Shown one piece after another: positions 61,691-64,000 of a stretch of 64,000 bases of DNA. Under the pieces are notes generated by a model. The model did not search any database. It was not told where the DNA came from and saw only the letters and a program-made list of their open reading frames with translations. This stretch comes from Podarcis muralis (lineage: Eukaryota). Location: positions 107,074,001-107,138,000 of the forward strand of contig NC_135656.1 in assembly GCF_964188315.1 (NCBI RefSeq), written 5' to 3'. How positions within the stretch are numbered: the first letter of the stretch is position 1; every line of letters begins with the position of its first letter. The position numbers and the translations under genes were made by a program.

Positions 61691-62207
61691 TATAGTATCA
61701 GGTGGGTGTGGGGGGAGGTCTCAGACAAAACTGGAACCTGTGCCAGGTCAATTTATTATTATGTATTAAATTTTATCTCTTCCTATCCCATCCCATGATT
61801 CCAGAGCAGCAAACACCCAAGTAGCAAAATTTTATAATAAAAACATATTTAGATACTGTACCTCAGTCCCAAGCTTTGTTTAAGGCTCTGTATACTCTTA
61901 CTAACACCTTGATTGGGACCGGTATCTCACACTACTTCCTCCAGGTATACCTGTAGCTAGCTGGTCACCACCCCCTCAATCACCTTGCCCTGAAGGAATT
62001 ATTAGAGACTGGGTAGCAATTTTCTAAAGCCTCTGAACCCATGAAGACCTCTTCAAAAGGGGCCACACTACCACCTCTTTCAAGGCAGTGGGCATAACTA
62101 CCTCCAATAGCAAGGCATTAACCACAATGGACCATCCAGTCATTACTTCCCACAAGACTTTACCAGCCAAGATTGACAGGGATCAAGAAGGTGCGTAGCC
62201 AGCCCCC

Positions 62208-62896
62208 TGTCAGGGGTTCCCTACCCCTGAACAACAATGCTCAATAAGACTGAAATATTAACTTACAAAGGCCTTGTAATCTGAAGCATTCTGACAAGCA
62301 TTCTATCCATATACTGTGATTATTACTACCATTATAATACTGTGATTACAAAAATAATGATAGGATATATTGAAACTGAAATATAGACCTGGCTAAAGAA
62401 ATAAGTACAATCACTCCATTAAGTCAATCTAGAAATATCTCATATCCAAACTAAATGATGTTCAGTTTCTGTTTCAGTTTCTGTTAATTGGTTCTCGTGG
62501 GAAACTTGCAGATTCTAGCTTCACACAATTAACTCAAGCTGGTGTCAATTTACTCTTGGCAGAAAGCCCAGGTCTGCCTGACCTAGAAACTACTCACTCT
62601 GATTGGTTAACGACCAGCACTCTGCTCTGTTATCAAGGGTTTGCTAGCTCAGCTTGAGGTGAGGTGTTGTTAGGAGTAGAAGTGCTGTGTATGGTTTTGA
62701 GAGAGAGAAAGAGAGGATTTATTTTGCTTTTATTTGTATGCAGAAACTCTGCTGGTTTTATTTTCTCCTTTTAATAAATCCTGTAAATAGTTATTCTGAG
62801 TCTAGCTGACTAGTCATTACCGCCGCAACTAGCTTCTTCGCTGTGCAGGAAAACTCTGCTACGTTTGGGCTAAAGCCAATAGGGCTATGCCTGACA
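62208..62896 (+). mobile_element. Candidate 5' LTR (689 bp) of the Copia element
   Basis: Terminal inverted repeat TGTCAGG...CCTGACA; ATTGG (CCAAT) at 62602; AATAAA at 62773; lies just upstream of a PBS-like site and gag. Confidence 0.65.
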
Positions 62897-62912
62897 CTCC
62901 AAAGTTCCATGA

Positions 62913-62922
62913 GGTTATGGGC
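62913..62922 (+). other. Copia-type primer-binding-site-like sequence (tRNA-iMet half-molecule type)
   Basis: GGTTATGGGC matches 10 nt of the canonical copia PBS GGTTATGGGCCCAG. Confidence 0.55.
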
Positions 62923-63140
62923 ATTGTGCTGCCAGCCTGAGTTGCGGTGGTGTCAGCATCAACGGCGTTGGTTCCAGTAGTTCCAGAGGTTGTTGTTCCT
63001 GGCTGGTTCCTGACCGTGGTGAGCTGGTGACGCAGCGGACACAAGGACAACAGCTGCAGCGTGTGAGTGCTGGGGTTCCTGTTTTCTCTCTCGGTGGTCG
63101 TGAGTAGCTGGTTCCGGGTTCCAGGGACATCGCTCTCAAG

Positions 63141-64000
63141 ATGGCCTCACAACCAGTTCAGATGGCTTTTGAGCGTCTGAATGACTCAAATTACTTGCTG
63201 TGGTCGGAACGCATGCAGGCAGTGCTGCAGAGGGATCGTCTCTGGCAAGTGGTGAGTAAGTTTCCTGCGAAGCCTGATGATGAAGACCTCGACAAAGACC
63301 AAAGAGCAAGGGCCACAATTGTCTTGGGGCTGGAAGATTCCCAGTTGCCGTATGTGAGGGGAATCAAGACAGCTAGAGGTGTGTGGCAAGCACTTAAAGA
63401 ACTCCATGTGCGTGAGACAGCGGTTTCCAAGCTGTTCATTCGCAAGGCATTGTACAAGGCAATGTTACAGCCTGGGGTTACAATGCAGGAACACCTACAC
63501 AGTTTACAGTTAAAGTTTACTGCGCTACAGGAAAGAGACTGTGCGTTAGACCAGCAGGAGAAGGTGGCTATTATTTTGAGTTCTCTCCCGGAAAGCTGGG
63601 ATAATTTAGTTTTGTCTCTAGAAGGCATGCAGGAGCATGATTTATCAGTCAGTTACGTTACTGGGCGTTTGATTGAAGAATGGCAGAAGAGGCAAGAAAG
63701 GTCGTTGGCTGCAGAGGCTTCTACAGGCGGGCGGTTTGGAAGGAGTTCTCATGCCGTGCCAGAGGTGGAGCGAAAGCAGCGTGCCGGTGAGGAGTCAGCG
63801 TTTGCTGTTAGGCGTTGTTTCCGATGTGGGTCTTCAGCGCATCTAAAACGACAATGTCCGGAGTTGGTCAAGTCTCAGTTGCCGGTGCAGGAGCAGAGAC
63901 GAGATCAGCAGCAGCAGCAGCAGCGTAAAAAGAAATTCTTCAAACGAAAACAGTCGGCTCAGCTGGTGACCGGCGAGGTCAAGATTGCTGATGAGAAACA
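63141..64000 (+). CDS. Ty1/Copia gag(-pol) ORF, open to the window end
   Basis: ATG at 63141, 286 codons without a stop: ERLNDSNYLLWSERMQAVLQRDRLW (Copia N-terminal), ILSSLPESWDNLV (UBN2/Retrotran_gag_2-like) and zinc knuckle CFRCGSSAHLKRQC. Confidence 0.92.
   Translation, partial: MASQPVQMAFERLNDSNYLLWSERMQAVLQRDRLWQVVSKFPAKPDDEDLDKDQRARATIVLGLEDSQLPYVRGIKTARGVWQALKELHVRETAVSKLFIRKALYKAMLQPGVTMQEHLHSLQLKFTALQERDCALDQQEKVAIILSSLPESWDNLVLSLEGMQEHDLSVSYVTGRLIEEWQKRQERSLAAEASTGGRFGRSSHAVPEVERKQRAGEESAFAVRRCFRCGSSAHLKRQCPELVKSQLPVQEQRRDQQQQQQRKKKFFKRKQSAQLVTGEVKIADEK

Overview
Lacertid-like lizard (squamate) genomic DNA, inferred from its Sauria SINE, Bov-B, CR1 and hAT/Tigger repeat content. 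Recognisable genes: (1) the 5' part of a minus-strand KRAB/Myb-SANT (ZSCAN20/29-like) gene at 1-~7.9 kb, with an intact Myb/SANT exon, an intact 114-bp KRAB-B-like exon, a decayed 127-bp KRAB-A exon and a CpG-island promoter with a ZNF143/THAP11-type motif; (2) two identical intron-containing tRNA-Tyr(GTA) genes in convergent orientation (12.7 and 14.0 kb); (3) an intact single-coding-exon MGAT1 (GnT-I) on the minus strand (22560-23909); (4) the 5' LTR and an uninterrupted gag ORF of a Ty1/Copia retrotransposon at the right edge. The rest is intronic or intergenic DNA rich in SINEs, LINE fragments (Bov-B/RTE, CR1, L2, Rex1) and MITEs. The most unusual structure is a 2.1-kb hAT-type element with 8-bp TSDs (35912-38015), nested in a Tigger-like MITE. 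It carries what looks like a captured CpG-island promoter and first exon pointing toward MGAT1. All repeat-family names come from pattern recognition, not database searches. There is a 136-N assembly gap at 33526-33661.
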